Shown: positions 1 through 7,724 of the stretch, in pieces
How the letters are laid out: each line of letters opens with the position of its first letter
How positions within the stretch are numbered: position 1 is the stretch's first letter
Source of the DNA: Eubacteriales bacterium
GTDB taxonomy: Bacteria > Bacillota > Clostridia > Oscillospirales > CAG-272
Assembly (NCBI GenBank): GCA_045649925.1
Contig: JAZRQS010000021.1
Coordinates: 13,120-77,119, forward strand
Length of the DNA stretch: 64,000 bases
Direction of reading: 5' to 3'
The notes under the pieces: model-generated
What the model was told of the DNA's origin: nothing
What the model saw: only the letters and a program-made list of their open reading frames with translations
The model's database searches: none
Translations under genes and position numbers: made by a program

Positions 1-1247
1 ATAATTCTGACAATCTGCCTGATGCTAAATCTCTTGTTGCTAACTTTGACAAGGTCAATGCGCTTGTTAAGGCGGGTGCTGTTAAGGCTGCATACACCCC
101 CACATACGGCGGTGTTGCAGAAGCTATCATGAAGATGTGTTTCGGAAACGATATAGGCTTCAAGTATGATAGTGGAGTTTATCTTGATGACATTTTTGGT
201 TATTCCTACGGCTCTATTATCGTAGAGCTTGATGGGGAAGTGCCCGCAGGATTTACTTTGCTCGGTGTTACTACCGACGACAAGGCAATATCCTACAACG
301 GCGACGTGGTATCGCTTGACGAGCTTTACACAAGCTATGAGTCAAAGCTTGAGAGCGTATTCCCGACAAATGCAAAGGAATGTGCAAGTGAAATTCCTTC
401 CTTGGATTATACTGCTAAAAGCACAAGTGCTTCTATTCTCAAGTGTGAAAAGCCTAAGGTGCTTATTCCTGTATTCCCGGGAACAAACTGTGAATACGAT
501 ACGGCAAAGGCGTTTGAGCGTGCAGGTGCCGATGCTGAGATATTCGTTATCAAAAACCTTACTGCAAACGGCATAAAGGAATCTGTAGAAAAATTTGCAG
601 AGAAGATTAACAACTCACAGATCGTGTTTATCCCCGGAGGATTTTCCGGAGGAGACGAGCCTGACGGATCTGGTAAATTCATCACTGCATTCTTCAGAAA
701 TGCAGAGGTAAAGGAAGCAGTCAACAAGCTTCTTCGTGTACGCGACGGTCTTATGGGTGGTATCTGTAACGGATTCCAGGCTCTTATAAAGCTTGGTCTT
801 GTTCCTTACGGAGAGATTATTGACACAGATGAAAATTGTCCCACTCTTACGTTCAACTCCATAGGAAGACACCAGTCGCGCCTTGTCAGAACAAGAATTG
901 CTTCAAACAAGTCGCCTTGGCTTTCCTCTACAAACGTAGGCGATGTATATACAGTGCCGATATCTCATGGCGAGGGTAGATTCCTTGCTGATGACGCTAC
1001 CATTCTTGAGCTTGCTAAAAACGGACAGATAGCTACACAGTATGTAGATCTTTCAGGCAAGCCTACTTATGACATAAGATATAATCCCAACAACTCCTGT
1101 CTCGCTGTCGAGGGTATTACTTCACCTGATGGTCATGTAATAGGAAAAATGGGACACTCCGAGAGAATTGGTACAGGCTTGTATAAAAATGTTGAGGGAG
1201 ATTTCGACATCAAGATGTTCGAATCTGCCGTTAAGTACTTCAAGTAA
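1..1247 (+). CDS. purL: FGAM synthase (phosphoribosylformylglycinamidine synthase), C-terminal part with glutamine amidotransferase domain; 5' end lies left of the window
   Basis: The frame is open from nt 3 to the stop at 1245-1247, so the Met at 129 is internal. GATase-I signatures are GGICNGFQALIKLGLVP (Cys nucleophile) and PISHGEGRF. Confidence 0.85.
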   Translation, partial: NSDNLPDAKSLVANFDKVNALVKAGAVKAAYTPTYGGVAEAIMKMCFGNDIGFKYDSGVYLDDIFGYSYGSIIVELDGEVPAGFTLLGVTTDDKAISYNGDVVSLDELYTSYESKLESVFPTNAKECASEIPSLDYTAKSTSASILKCEKPKVLIPVFPGTNCEYDTAKAFERAGADAEIFVIKNLTANGIKESVEKFAEKINNSQIVFIPGGFSGGDEPDGSGKFITAFFRNAEVKEAVNKLLRVRDGLMGGICNGFQALIKLGLVPYGEIIDTDENCPTLTFNSIGRHQSRLVRTRIASNKSPWLSSTNVGDVYTVPISHGEGRFLADDATILELAKNGQIATQYVDLSGKPTYDIRYNPNNSCLAVEGITSPDGHVIGKMGHSERIGTGLYKNVEGDFDIKMFESAVKYFK

Positions 1248-1258
1248 TTTTATAAAAA

Positions 1259-1292
1259 TAACACCGACAGTCTTGCACCGTCGGTGTTATTG
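1259..1292 (+). terminator. Hairpin after purL (intrinsic terminator candidate, weak U-tract)
   Basis: acaccgac (1261-1268) pairs with gtcggtgt (1280-1287). It is followed by ttattgctt. Confidence 0.5.
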
Positions 1293-1330
1293 CTTGTCTA
1301 TAAAAAATATGTTAAAATGCCCCTATATCA

Positions 1331-1359
1331 TTGACATATGCCACTTTTTGTTGTATAAT
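1331..1359 (+). promoter_or_regulatory. Sigma-A type promoter, perfect consensus
   Basis: TTGACA 1331-1336, 17-nt spacer, TATAAT 1354-1359. It lies about 37 nt upstream of ATG 1396. Confidence 0.6.
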
Positions 1360-1395
1360 TTATTATTGAAATAAAGTGTATTGGAAGTGTTGAAA

Positions 1396-2505
1396 ATGAC
1401 TAAAATTGATATTTTTTCAGGCTTTTTGGGATCAGGAAAAACGACCTTGATAAAGAAGCTTATAAAAGAAGCTTATACAAACGAAAAGGTAGTGCTTATC
1501 GAAAACGAATTTGGCGAGATAGGCATCGACGGATCGTTCTTACGCGAGGCAGGTGTGGAAATCACCGAGATGAATTCGGGGTGTATCTGCTGCAGCCTGG
1601 TGGGTGATTTTGGCGTAGCCTTGGGAAAGGTCCTTGACGAGTTTGCACCCGACAGAATTGTTATAGAGCCGTCGGGCGTTGGTAAGCTGAGCGATGTAAT
1701 AAAGGCTGTCGAATCTGTTGCATCAGAAAAGGCAGTTTTGAATTCATATACAACTGTTGTTGATGTAAACAAGTGTAAGATGTATATGAAGAATTTTGGT
1801 GAATTCTTCAACAACCAGATCGAATGTGCGGCTACCATTATACTCAGCCATACACAGACCTCCACTCAGGATAAAATAGAGGCGTGCATAAAGGCTTTGA
1901 GGGAGCACAACGATGAGGCGATCATAGTCACTACCGACTGGGATGCGCTTTCGGGAGAGGCTATTCTCGGAGCTATCGAGGGCAGGGGTGGAATAAAGGA
2001 AGAAATTCACTCGCTTGAGTGTGAGCATATGCATGAGCATCACGGTGAAAAGTGTACATGCGGACACCACCATGACCACGACCACGAGCATCACCATGAG
2101 CACGAGCATCACCATGAGCACGAGCATCACCATGAGCATGAGCATCATGGACATGAGCATTCCGAGGAATGTACGTGCGGATGCCACCATGACCATGACC
2201 ATGACCACGAGCATCACCATCATCACGCAGATGACATATTTTCAAGCTGGGGCGTAGAAACCGCCAAAAAATATTCGGCAGAACAGATAAAATCCATTCT
2301 CGACAAGTTCACACATCACGAAGAGTTTGGCATCGTGCTCAGAGCAAAAGGTATAGTAGAGGGCGTCGATGGTGACTGGATATACTTCGATTACGTGCCC
2401 GGAGAACCCGATGTCAGAAACGGAAGAGCCGATGTGTGTGGAAAAATTTGTGTTATCGGCTCGAAGCTTGACGAAGATAAAATTTCAGAGCTGTTTGACA
2501 TTTAA
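1396..2505 (+). CDS. COG0523 / CobW-family G3E GTPase (putative metallochaperone) with a His/Asp/Glu-rich insert
   Basis: Walker A GFLGSGKTTL, CobW metal motif GCICCS, IEPSGVG, and a CobW_C-like tail (FGIVLRAKG...GKICVIG). A roughly 70-aa His-rich stretch is present. ATG 1396 (GGAAG 8 nt upstream) is preferred over TTG 1381. Confidence 0.85.
   Translation: MTKIDIFSGFLGSGKTTLIKKLIKEAYTNEKVVLIENEFGEIGIDGSFLREAGVEITEMNSGCICCSLVGDFGVALGKVLDEFAPDRIVIEPSGVGKLSDVIKAVESVASEKAVLNSYTTVVDVNKCKMYMKNFGEFFNNQIECAATIILSHTQTSTQDKIEACIKALREHNDEAIIVTTDWDALSGEAILGAIEGRGGIKEEIHSLECEHMHEHHGEKCTCGHHHDHDHEHHHEHEHHHEHEHHHEHEHHGHEHSEECTCGCHHDHDHDHEHHHHHADDIFSSWGVETAKKYSAEQIKSILDKFTHHEEFGIVLRAKGIVEGVDGDWIYFDYVPGEPDVRNGRADVCGKICVIGSKLDEDKISELFDI
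2083..2136 (+). repeat. Perfect 18-nt x3 tandem repeat (cacgagcatcaccatgag) inside the His-rich coding stretch; degenerate copies extend to about 2060-2230
   Basis: Units at 2083-2100, 2101-2118 and 2119-2136 are identical, and each encodes HEHHHE. Confidence 0.9.
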
Positions 2506-2511
2506 GGAGAA

Positions 2512-3462
2512 ATGATGGATATTCCGATTTATTTGTTTACCGGATTCCTTGAGTCCGGAAAAACGCGCCTTATACAAGAAACACTTCAGGATCGCGCTTT
2601 TAATGATGGACGAGAAAATATGCTCGTCATTCTGTGTGAGGAGGGCGAGGAGGAGTTTTCTCCCTTTTCTTGCGCAAATGATGGCAAGAACCTTGCAATA
2701 GAGTATATTTCACGAATAGAGCAGATAAATCCTGACAAGCTTTCAGCTTTGCAGAGAAAACATGGTGCTACCCGCATAATTGTCGAGTACAATGGAATGT
2801 GGCAGATAGATGCCTTTTATCAGGCTCTGCCTGAAAATTTCCTCGTGTATCAAGAGTTTTTACTTGTTGATGCTACCACGTTTTTTGCATACAACAACAA
2901 CATGAGGAGCCTTGTTTTTGACAAGCTCAACGGATGCGAAATGGTAGTGTTTAATCGCTTCAAGCCTGAATACGACAAGCTTGAGTTTCATAAAATAGCA
3001 CGAGCTATAAACAGAAACGTTAATATCGCCTACGAATATGTTGATGGCAGAATAGAATATGACGACATCGAAGACCCCTTGCCCTTTGACGTGAATGCAG
3101 ATGTTATAGAAATAAACGACGATGATTACGCTATATGGTATCGTGATTTGGTAGAGGGGTTTGAAAAATACGATGGTAAAACTGTAATTTTCAGAGGCAT
3201 TGTCGCACGCGATGACAGACTTGACGAAAATTCTTTCGTGCTCGGTCGTCATGTTATGACTTGTTGTGCTGACGACATTTTCTTTAAGGGTATTATAAGC
3301 GTAGATAAGAAAAAATGTCCTCTCAAAACGAAGGACTGGATAAAAATAACGGCTAAGGTTTCGATAAGATCGCATAAGATGTATCGCACAAAAGGTCCTA
3401 TACTCGACGTTATAGGCTATGAACTTACATCTGCGCCCGAAAAAGAGGTCGCTACTTTTTAA
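2512..3462 (+). CDS. G3E-like P-loop domain (lacking the CxCC motif) fused to a DUF1980/YcgQ-like C-terminal domain
   Basis: Walker A GFLESGKT; LVILCEEGEEEF and IIVEYNGMW are colinear with the upstream paralogue; there is no GCICC. The C-terminus reads RHVMTCCADDIFFKG...DWIKITAKV...PILDV (CC codons at 3262-3267). Confidence 0.6.
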   Translation: MMDIPIYLFTGFLESGKTRLIQETLQDRAFNDGRENMLVILCEEGEEEFSPFSCANDGKNLAIEYISRIEQINPDKLSALQRKHGATRIIVEYNGMWQIDAFYQALPENFLVYQEFLLVDATTFFAYNNNMRSLVFDKLNGCEMVVFNRFKPEYDKLEFHKIARAINRNVNIAYEYVDGRIEYDDIEDPLPFDVNADVIEINDDDYAIWYRDLVEGFEKYDGKTVIFRGIVARDDRLDENSFVLGRHVMTCCADDIFFKGIISVDKKKCPLKTKDWIKITAKVSIRSHKMYRTKGPILDVIGYELTSAPEKEVATF

Positions 3463-3478
3463 ATCAAGAGGTTATAAA

Positions 3479-4327
3479 ATGTATCAGATAGTTTCTAAAA
3501 AAGTATTAAACCCTACGGTTACTGCAATGGATGTATATGCGCCGTTTGTGGCTAAAAAAGCAGAGCCAGGGCAATTTATAATCCTGCGAGTAAACGAAGA
3601 TGGCGAGAGAATACCGCTCACCATCGCCGACTTTGACAGAGAAAAGGGCACTGTAAAAATTATTTTTCAGATAGTTGGCGCAACTACAGAAAAGCTCAAC
3701 CAAAAGGAAAGCGGAGATTATATCTCCGACTTTGTAGGCCCTCTTGGACGAGCAACAAACACAGACGGAAAGAAGAAGGTCGCCATCGTTGGAGGTGGCG
3801 TTGGATGTGCTATTGCATATCCTGTAGCTAAAAAATTCCATTCGCTCGGTACAGAGGTCCATTCTATCGTTGGCTTCAGAAGTAAGGAGCTTGTTATCCT
3901 TGAGGATGAATTTAAAGAGTCGAGTGACAAGTTTGTGCTTATGACCGATGATGGTAGCGCAGGAAAGCGTGGCTTGGTTACCGATGCACTCAAGGAGCTG
4001 ATCGAAGGTGGCGAAAAGTATGATGAGGTAATCACCATTGGACCTTTGATAATGATGAAATTCGTGTGTAAATTGACGGCAGAATATAACATTAAGACCA
4101 TCGCGAGCATGAATCCTATTATGATAGATGGTACAGGAATGTGTGGTGGATGCCGACTTACTGTCGGTGGCAAGACTGTGTTTGCTTGTGTTGACGGGCC
4201 TGAATTTGACGGACATCAGATAGATTTTGATGAAGCCATGAAGCGCTCAAGCATGTATCGTGACTTTGAGAGAAAGGCGCACGATGATGCGTGTAATCTT
4301 TTCAAGGAGATGAGAAACGATGGCTAA
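3479..4327 (+). CDS. nfnA: NfnA-type FAD/[2Fe-2S] subunit (sulfide/dihydroorotate dehydrogenase-like) of NADH-dependent ferredoxin:NADP oxidoreductase
   Basis: MYQIVSKKVLNPTV...GQFIILRV...ERIPLTIADFD is an FNR-like N-terminus. The C-terminal Cys cluster is GTGMCGGCRL...FACVDGP. RBS AAGAGG precedes ATG 3479. Confidence 0.8.
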   Translation: MYQIVSKKVLNPTVTAMDVYAPFVAKKAEPGQFIILRVNEDGERIPLTIADFDREKGTVKIIFQIVGATTEKLNQKESGDYISDFVGPLGRATNTDGKKKVAIVGGGVGCAIAYPVAKKFHSLGTEVHSIVGFRSKELVILEDEFKESSDKFVLMTDDGSAGKRGLVTDALKELIEGGEKYDEVITIGPLIMMKFVCKLTAEYNIKTIASMNPIMIDGTGMCGGCRLTVGGKTVFACVDGPEFDGHQIDFDEAMKRSSMYRDFERKAHDDACNLFKEMRNDG

Positions 4328-5711
4328 TATGTCTAACACTAAAAACCCTATGCCTACGCAAGCACCGGATGTGAGAAACAAAAATTTCTCCGAGGTCGCT
4401 CTGGGATATACCGAGGAACAGGCTATAGATGAAGCAAAGCGTTGCCTTAATTGCAAAAACAAGCCCTGTGTTTCCGGTTGTCCTGTTCAGATAAGAATAC
4501 CCGATTTTATAAGCGCCGTCGCAAACGGAGAGTTTGACAGAGCCTATGATATTATTTCTGAGTCAAGCTCTTTGCCTGCAGTGTGTGGAAGAGTATGTCC
4601 TCAGGAGCTTCAATGTGAACGCTATTGTGTAAGAGGCATCAAGGGTGAGCCTGTAGCTATAGGGAGACTCGAGCGCTTTGTTGCCGACTATCATAATGCA
4701 AAAGAAGCTGCAGAAACACCTACAATTGAACAAAACGGACATATGGTGGCTGTCGTTGGTTCAGGACCTGCAGGTCTCGCGTGTGCAGCCGACCTTGCAA
4801 GACGTGGATATAAGGTTACTATATTTGAGGCACTGCACGTTGCAGGTGGCGTTCTTGTGTATGGAATTCCTGAATTCAGGCTGCCGAAGGACATAGTCAG
4901 AAAAGAGATAGAAACTCTCAAGAGCTTAGGCGTTGAAATTGCTACAAATATGGTTATAGGAAAGGTAATTTCAATAGACGAGCTTATGGATGAAATGGGC
5001 TACGAGGCTGTGTTTATAGGAAGCGGAGCTGGCCTGCCAAAATTTATGAATATCCCCGGTGAAAACCTTAAGGGCGTATATTCAGCAAATGAATTCCTCA
5101 CACGTGTAAATCTCATGAAAGCGTATAGAGAGGATAGCGAAACCCCTGTTTACAGAGCAAAAAACGTGGCTGTAGTAGGCGGCGGAAACGTCGCTATGGA
5201 TGCAGCGCGCTCTGCAAAAAGACTTGGCGCAGAAAACGTATATATCGTTTACAGGCGCTCTGAAGCGGAGCTTCCTGCACGTTTAGAGGAGGTCGAGCAT
5301 GCAAAGGAAGAGGATATAATCTTTCGCTTGCTCACAAATCCTATAGAGATTTTAGGTGACGAAAACGGATACACAACAGGGATTAAATGTGTAGAAATGG
5401 TTTTGGGCGAGCCTGACGAGTCGGGCAGGCGCAGACCTGTGGAAAAAGAGGGAAGCGACTTTGTAATTGACGTAGACTGTGTCATCATGTCGATAGGAAC
5501 ATCGCCAAACCCCCTTATAAAGTCTACGACTGAAGGACTCAAGACACAGAAGTGGGGAGGAATTATAGCCGATGAGGCTACCGGAGCAACCTCTCGCAAG
5601 GGTGTTTTCGCAGGTGGAGACGCCGTGACAGGCGCTGCGACAGTCATACTTGCTATGGGGGCAGGAAAAAACGCCGCCAAGGCCATAGATGACTACATAA
5701 TGAGCAAATAA
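4320..5711 (+). CDS. nfnB: NfnB / GltD-like NADPH-binding FAD, 2x[4Fe-4S] subunit
   Basis: CLNCKNKPCVSGCPV and CGRVCPQELQCERYC are Fe-S motifs. VAVVGSGPAGLACA and VAVVGGGNVAMD are dinucleotide folds. It overlaps the nfnA stop by 8 nt. Confidence 0.8.
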   Translation: MANMSNTKNPMPTQAPDVRNKNFSEVALGYTEEQAIDEAKRCLNCKNKPCVSGCPVQIRIPDFISAVANGEFDRAYDIISESSSLPAVCGRVCPQELQCERYCVRGIKGEPVAIGRLERFVADYHNAKEAAETPTIEQNGHMVAVVGSGPAGLACAADLARRGYKVTIFEALHVAGGVLVYGIPEFRLPKDIVRKEIETLKSLGVEIATNMVIGKVISIDELMDEMGYEAVFIGSGAGLPKFMNIPGENLKGVYSANEFLTRVNLMKAYREDSETPVYRAKNVAVVGGGNVAMDAARSAKRLGAENVYIVYRRSEAELPARLEEVEHAKEEDIIFRLLTNPIEILGDENGYTTGIKCVEMVLGEPDESGRRRPVEKEGSDFVIDVDCVIMSIGTSPNPLIKSTTEGLKTQKWGGIIADEATGATSRKGVFAGGDAVTGAATVILAMGAGKNAAKAIDDYIMSK

Positions 5712-5721
5712 ACGAAAAAAT

Positions 5722-5753
5722 AAAAAGCAGAACAGCCGTTCTGCTTTTTATTT
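5722..5753. terminator. Bidirectional intrinsic terminator
   Basis: gcagaac (5727-5733) pairs with gttctgc (5738-5744). An A-run lies 5' and a T-run 3'. It sits between convergent genes. Confidence 0.8.
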
Positions 5754-5771
5754 TGTATAATTTTATGTAGC

Positions 5772-6194
5772 TTATGCCAAGGATTTGAGTGTCTTTTCGA
5801 GCCATTCGGAAACCATAGCCTTTTCCTCGTCGCTTACTTTCTTGGCAAACTTGAAAGGAAGACCGCCGTTGATGTAGAGGACATCCTCGCAAACATGAGA
5901 GCCTGCGCCCTTAACGAGATCGATGAGATACTGAGCCTTTTCGGGTGTACCATCGATGATAAATGCTATGTTCTGAGCCTGAGACTTGTTGAGATTCTTG
6001 CAGAAGATTTCTACGGCTGTAGAGTACTTTGCAGCAGCTGTAGCTACAATGATAACAATTCTTTCGGTTTCGCAAGGGTAAGCAGGGGGAATAATGTCAG
6101 CCTTGTAGTTGGACTTTTCGGCAGAGATGGTATCTGCGATTGTGAGAAGCTTACCTTTGTTTGTTGCGGTGAGTACGCGCATTTTCATTTTCAT
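5772..6194 (-). CDS. Hypothetical 140-aa protein (alpha/beta, flavodoxin-like impression only)
   Basis: GGAGG lies 8 nt upstream of ATG 6194, and codon usage looks coding. I recognise no family signature. Confidence 0.55.
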   Translation of the reverse strand: MKMKMRVLTATNKGKLLTIADTISAEKSNYKADIIPPAYPCETERIVIIVATAAAKYSTAVEIFCKNLNKSQAQNIAFIIDGTPEKAQYLIDLVKGAGSHVCEDVLYINGGLPFKFAKKVSDEEKAMVSEWLEKTLKSLA

Positions 6195-6336
6195 TTTGTT
6201 TTCCTCCTAAAAACTGTAGCTTTAGCAGCACAGTCGTTTTTAATATTGATTGAAACGCTATAGAGCTTGATTTTTGCCAAAAAAGCTAAAATCACACCAA
6301 AACACCCTGAAAAACCCGCTTTTCTATACACCAAAT

Positions 6337-6360
6337 TATACAAAATTTGCATTTTGTATA
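6337..6360. repeat. Perfect 10-bp inverted repeat with 4-nt spacer (tatacaaaat ttgc attttgtata)
   Basis: Arms at 6337-6346 and 6351-6360, with imperfect flanking extension (ccaaat...atttgg). It lies in a 356-nt non-coding spacer. Confidence 0.8.
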
Positions 6361-6550
6361 ATTATTTGGATAGAGATGCGAAAAAAAGTGTTTATGCCCT
6401 ACAATTCATACAACATTTATATTTTATCGCAAATGCCCGTTTTTGTCAATACTTACAAACAAAAATATACAATAATATAGCTACCTGTGCAAATTATTTA
6501 ATCTATGGTATTGAAAAACGCTTTCAAATTTGCTATTATATTTGTAGTAA

Positions 6551-6823
6551 TTACAATATGTAAAAGCACTTCTTCTTGGACAGGTACTTTTTGCGAGTTG
6601 CTTCCCCGCCTCTTATGTGGCGTTCGGATTTATTCTTTTCGAGGACTTCCTTCACGCGTGCGTAAAGTGTGGGATTTATGTCCTTTAAGCATATCGTGAC
6701 GTCCTTATGTACTGTGCTTTTGCTTACGTTGAATTTTTGTGCGACTCCTCTTACAGTTTCGTTGTTTTTTACTAAATATTCGGCGAGAATTTCACAGCGC
6801 TCCTTGCTGTTTGTGTATTTCAT
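6551..6823 (-). CDS. spoIIID: Stage III sporulation transcription factor SpoIIID
   Basis: The HTH and basic tail ...VRGVAQKFNVSKSTVHKDV...HIRGGEATRKKY closely resemble B. subtilis SpoIIID. GGAGGG lies 11 nt upstream of ATG 6823, whereas the longer 6844 start has no RBS. Confidence 0.9.
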   Translation of the reverse strand: MKYTNSKERCEILAEYLVKNNETVRGVAQKFNVSKSTVHKDVTICLKDINPTLYARVKEVLEKNKSERHIRGGEATRKKYLSKKKCFYIL

Positions 6824-6887
6824 AAATATATCTACCCTCCGCAAAGTTTATACTATATCCCTAATATATGAAAGGTTTTTCGTAACA

Positions 6888-7673
6888 ATGCAAAAAGAAG
6901 CAGATAAATTTGTCGCATCTAACATTATAGAAGGCATGACTTCTATAAGAGCGGTTTTGGAGGCGCAATCTGATAAATATAACACCAACAACAGAAAAAT
7001 AGAAAAAATACTGTATGATGCTGAAAGATACAGTAAAATATACAAGGAAGTCAATTATTTGAAAGCAAAAGGCTATGTGCTTGGCTACGAGGTCGTGGAA
7101 TCAAATGAGGATGAAATATCTTCCCTTTGCCTCGGAAACACACACGGGGGCATTGTGGCTTTGTGTAGCGCGCGAGATATCCCTTGCCTTGATAAATGTA
7201 TAGAAAACATAAAAAAAGACGGATTTTACGTCATGATACAAGGTGTTGAAGATCCATACAATTTTGGCTATGCGCTCCGCTCTCTTTATTCCTGTGGCGC
7301 ACAAGGTGTGATACTTCCCCAAAGAAACTGGATGAGTGCAGCAGGAGTTGTCTGTCGCTCATCAGCAGGAGCTTCTGAGCTTTTTGACATATATACCTGC
7401 GACGCCACTGTGGCAGCAGATATATTCAAAAGCTTGGGATACAAGGTGGTCTGCGCAGACATCGACACCGACGCCGACCTTCACAAAAGCGACCTCGAAT
7501 TTCCTGTTTTTCTTATAGTAGGAGGCGAAAAACGAGGAATTTCTCGTGCCTTGCTTGAAAAGGCGGATGTTGTAGTAAAAATTCCCTATTCAAGAGAGTT
7601 TAACGCTTCCCTGTCCGCTGCTTCAGCCGCTACTATAATGGGATATGAAATAATGCGACAAAACCTAAAATAA
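6888..7673 (+). CDS. SpoU/TrmH-family RNA 2'-O-methyltransferase (RlmB-like)
   Basis: SpoU motifs FLIVGGEKRGIS and VKIPYSREFNASLSAASAATIMGYEI. Start is taken at ATG 6888, because the 6669 extension runs antisense through spoIIID. Confidence 0.8.
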   Translation: MQKEADKFVASNIIEGMTSIRAVLEAQSDKYNTNNRKIEKILYDAERYSKIYKEVNYLKAKGYVLGYEVVESNEDEISSLCLGNTHGGIVALCSARDIPCLDKCIENIKKDGFYVMIQGVEDPYNFGYALRSLYSCGAQGVILPQRNWMSAAGVVCRSSAGASELFDIYTCDATVAADIFKSLGYKVVCADIDTDADLHKSDLEFPVFLIVGGEKRGISRALLEKADVVVKIPYSREFNASLSAASAATIMGYEIMRQNLK

Positions 7674-7674
7674 A

Positions 7675-7707
7675 ACAAAAAACTGCCTGAAAAGGCAGTT
7701 TTTTTGT
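7675..7707. terminator. Bidirectional intrinsic terminator
   Basis: actgcct (7682-7688) pairs with aggcagt (7693-7699), flanked by A-run and T-run. Confidence 0.8.
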
Positions 7708-7724
7708 TTTATATAACCGTAATA

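Noticed and set aside
1354-1376. A possible Zur/Fur-type operator (ttatt-attga-aataa) overlapping the -10 box of the COG0523 promoter.
   Set aside because: It is only a 5-bp AT-only inverted repeat in AT-rich DNA. It does not resemble the Firmicute Zur box (TCGTAAT-n-ATTACGA) closely enough to claim.
2060-2230. Short tandem repeats that could superficially suggest a CRISPR-like or minisatellite element.
   Set aside because: The units are contiguous with no spacers, are 18 nt long and in frame, and encode a poly-His tract. This is a coding microsatellite, not a CRISPR array.
1744-2257. ORFs 1744-2226(-), 1973-2245(-) and 2015-2257(+), with odd Met/Val/Leu- or His/Gly/Ala-rich translations.
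   Set aside because: They are alternative-frame and antisense readings of the CAC/CAT/GAG codon repeat inside the COG0523 gene. They have no RBS, are low-complexity, and are fully nested in a well-supported CDS.
3506-4216. A 236-aa ORF antisense to nfnA (also 3718-4173).
   Set aside because: It is a shadow ORF opposite a gene with clear family motifs. It has no RBS and no recognisable motifs.
6267-6563. 98-aa and 68-aa ORFs in the spacer between the orphan gene and spoIIID.
   Set aside because: The translation is Tyr/Ile/Asn-rich and low-complexity, typical of AT-rich non-coding DNA. There is no SD, and the 3' end runs into spoIIID on the opposite strand.
6669-6887. A 73-codon N-terminal extension of the SpoU methyltransferase ORF (start at 6669).
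   Set aside because: It runs antisense through the whole spoIIID gene, is hydrophobic junk, and has no RBS. ATG 6888 gives a normal-length SpoU protein.
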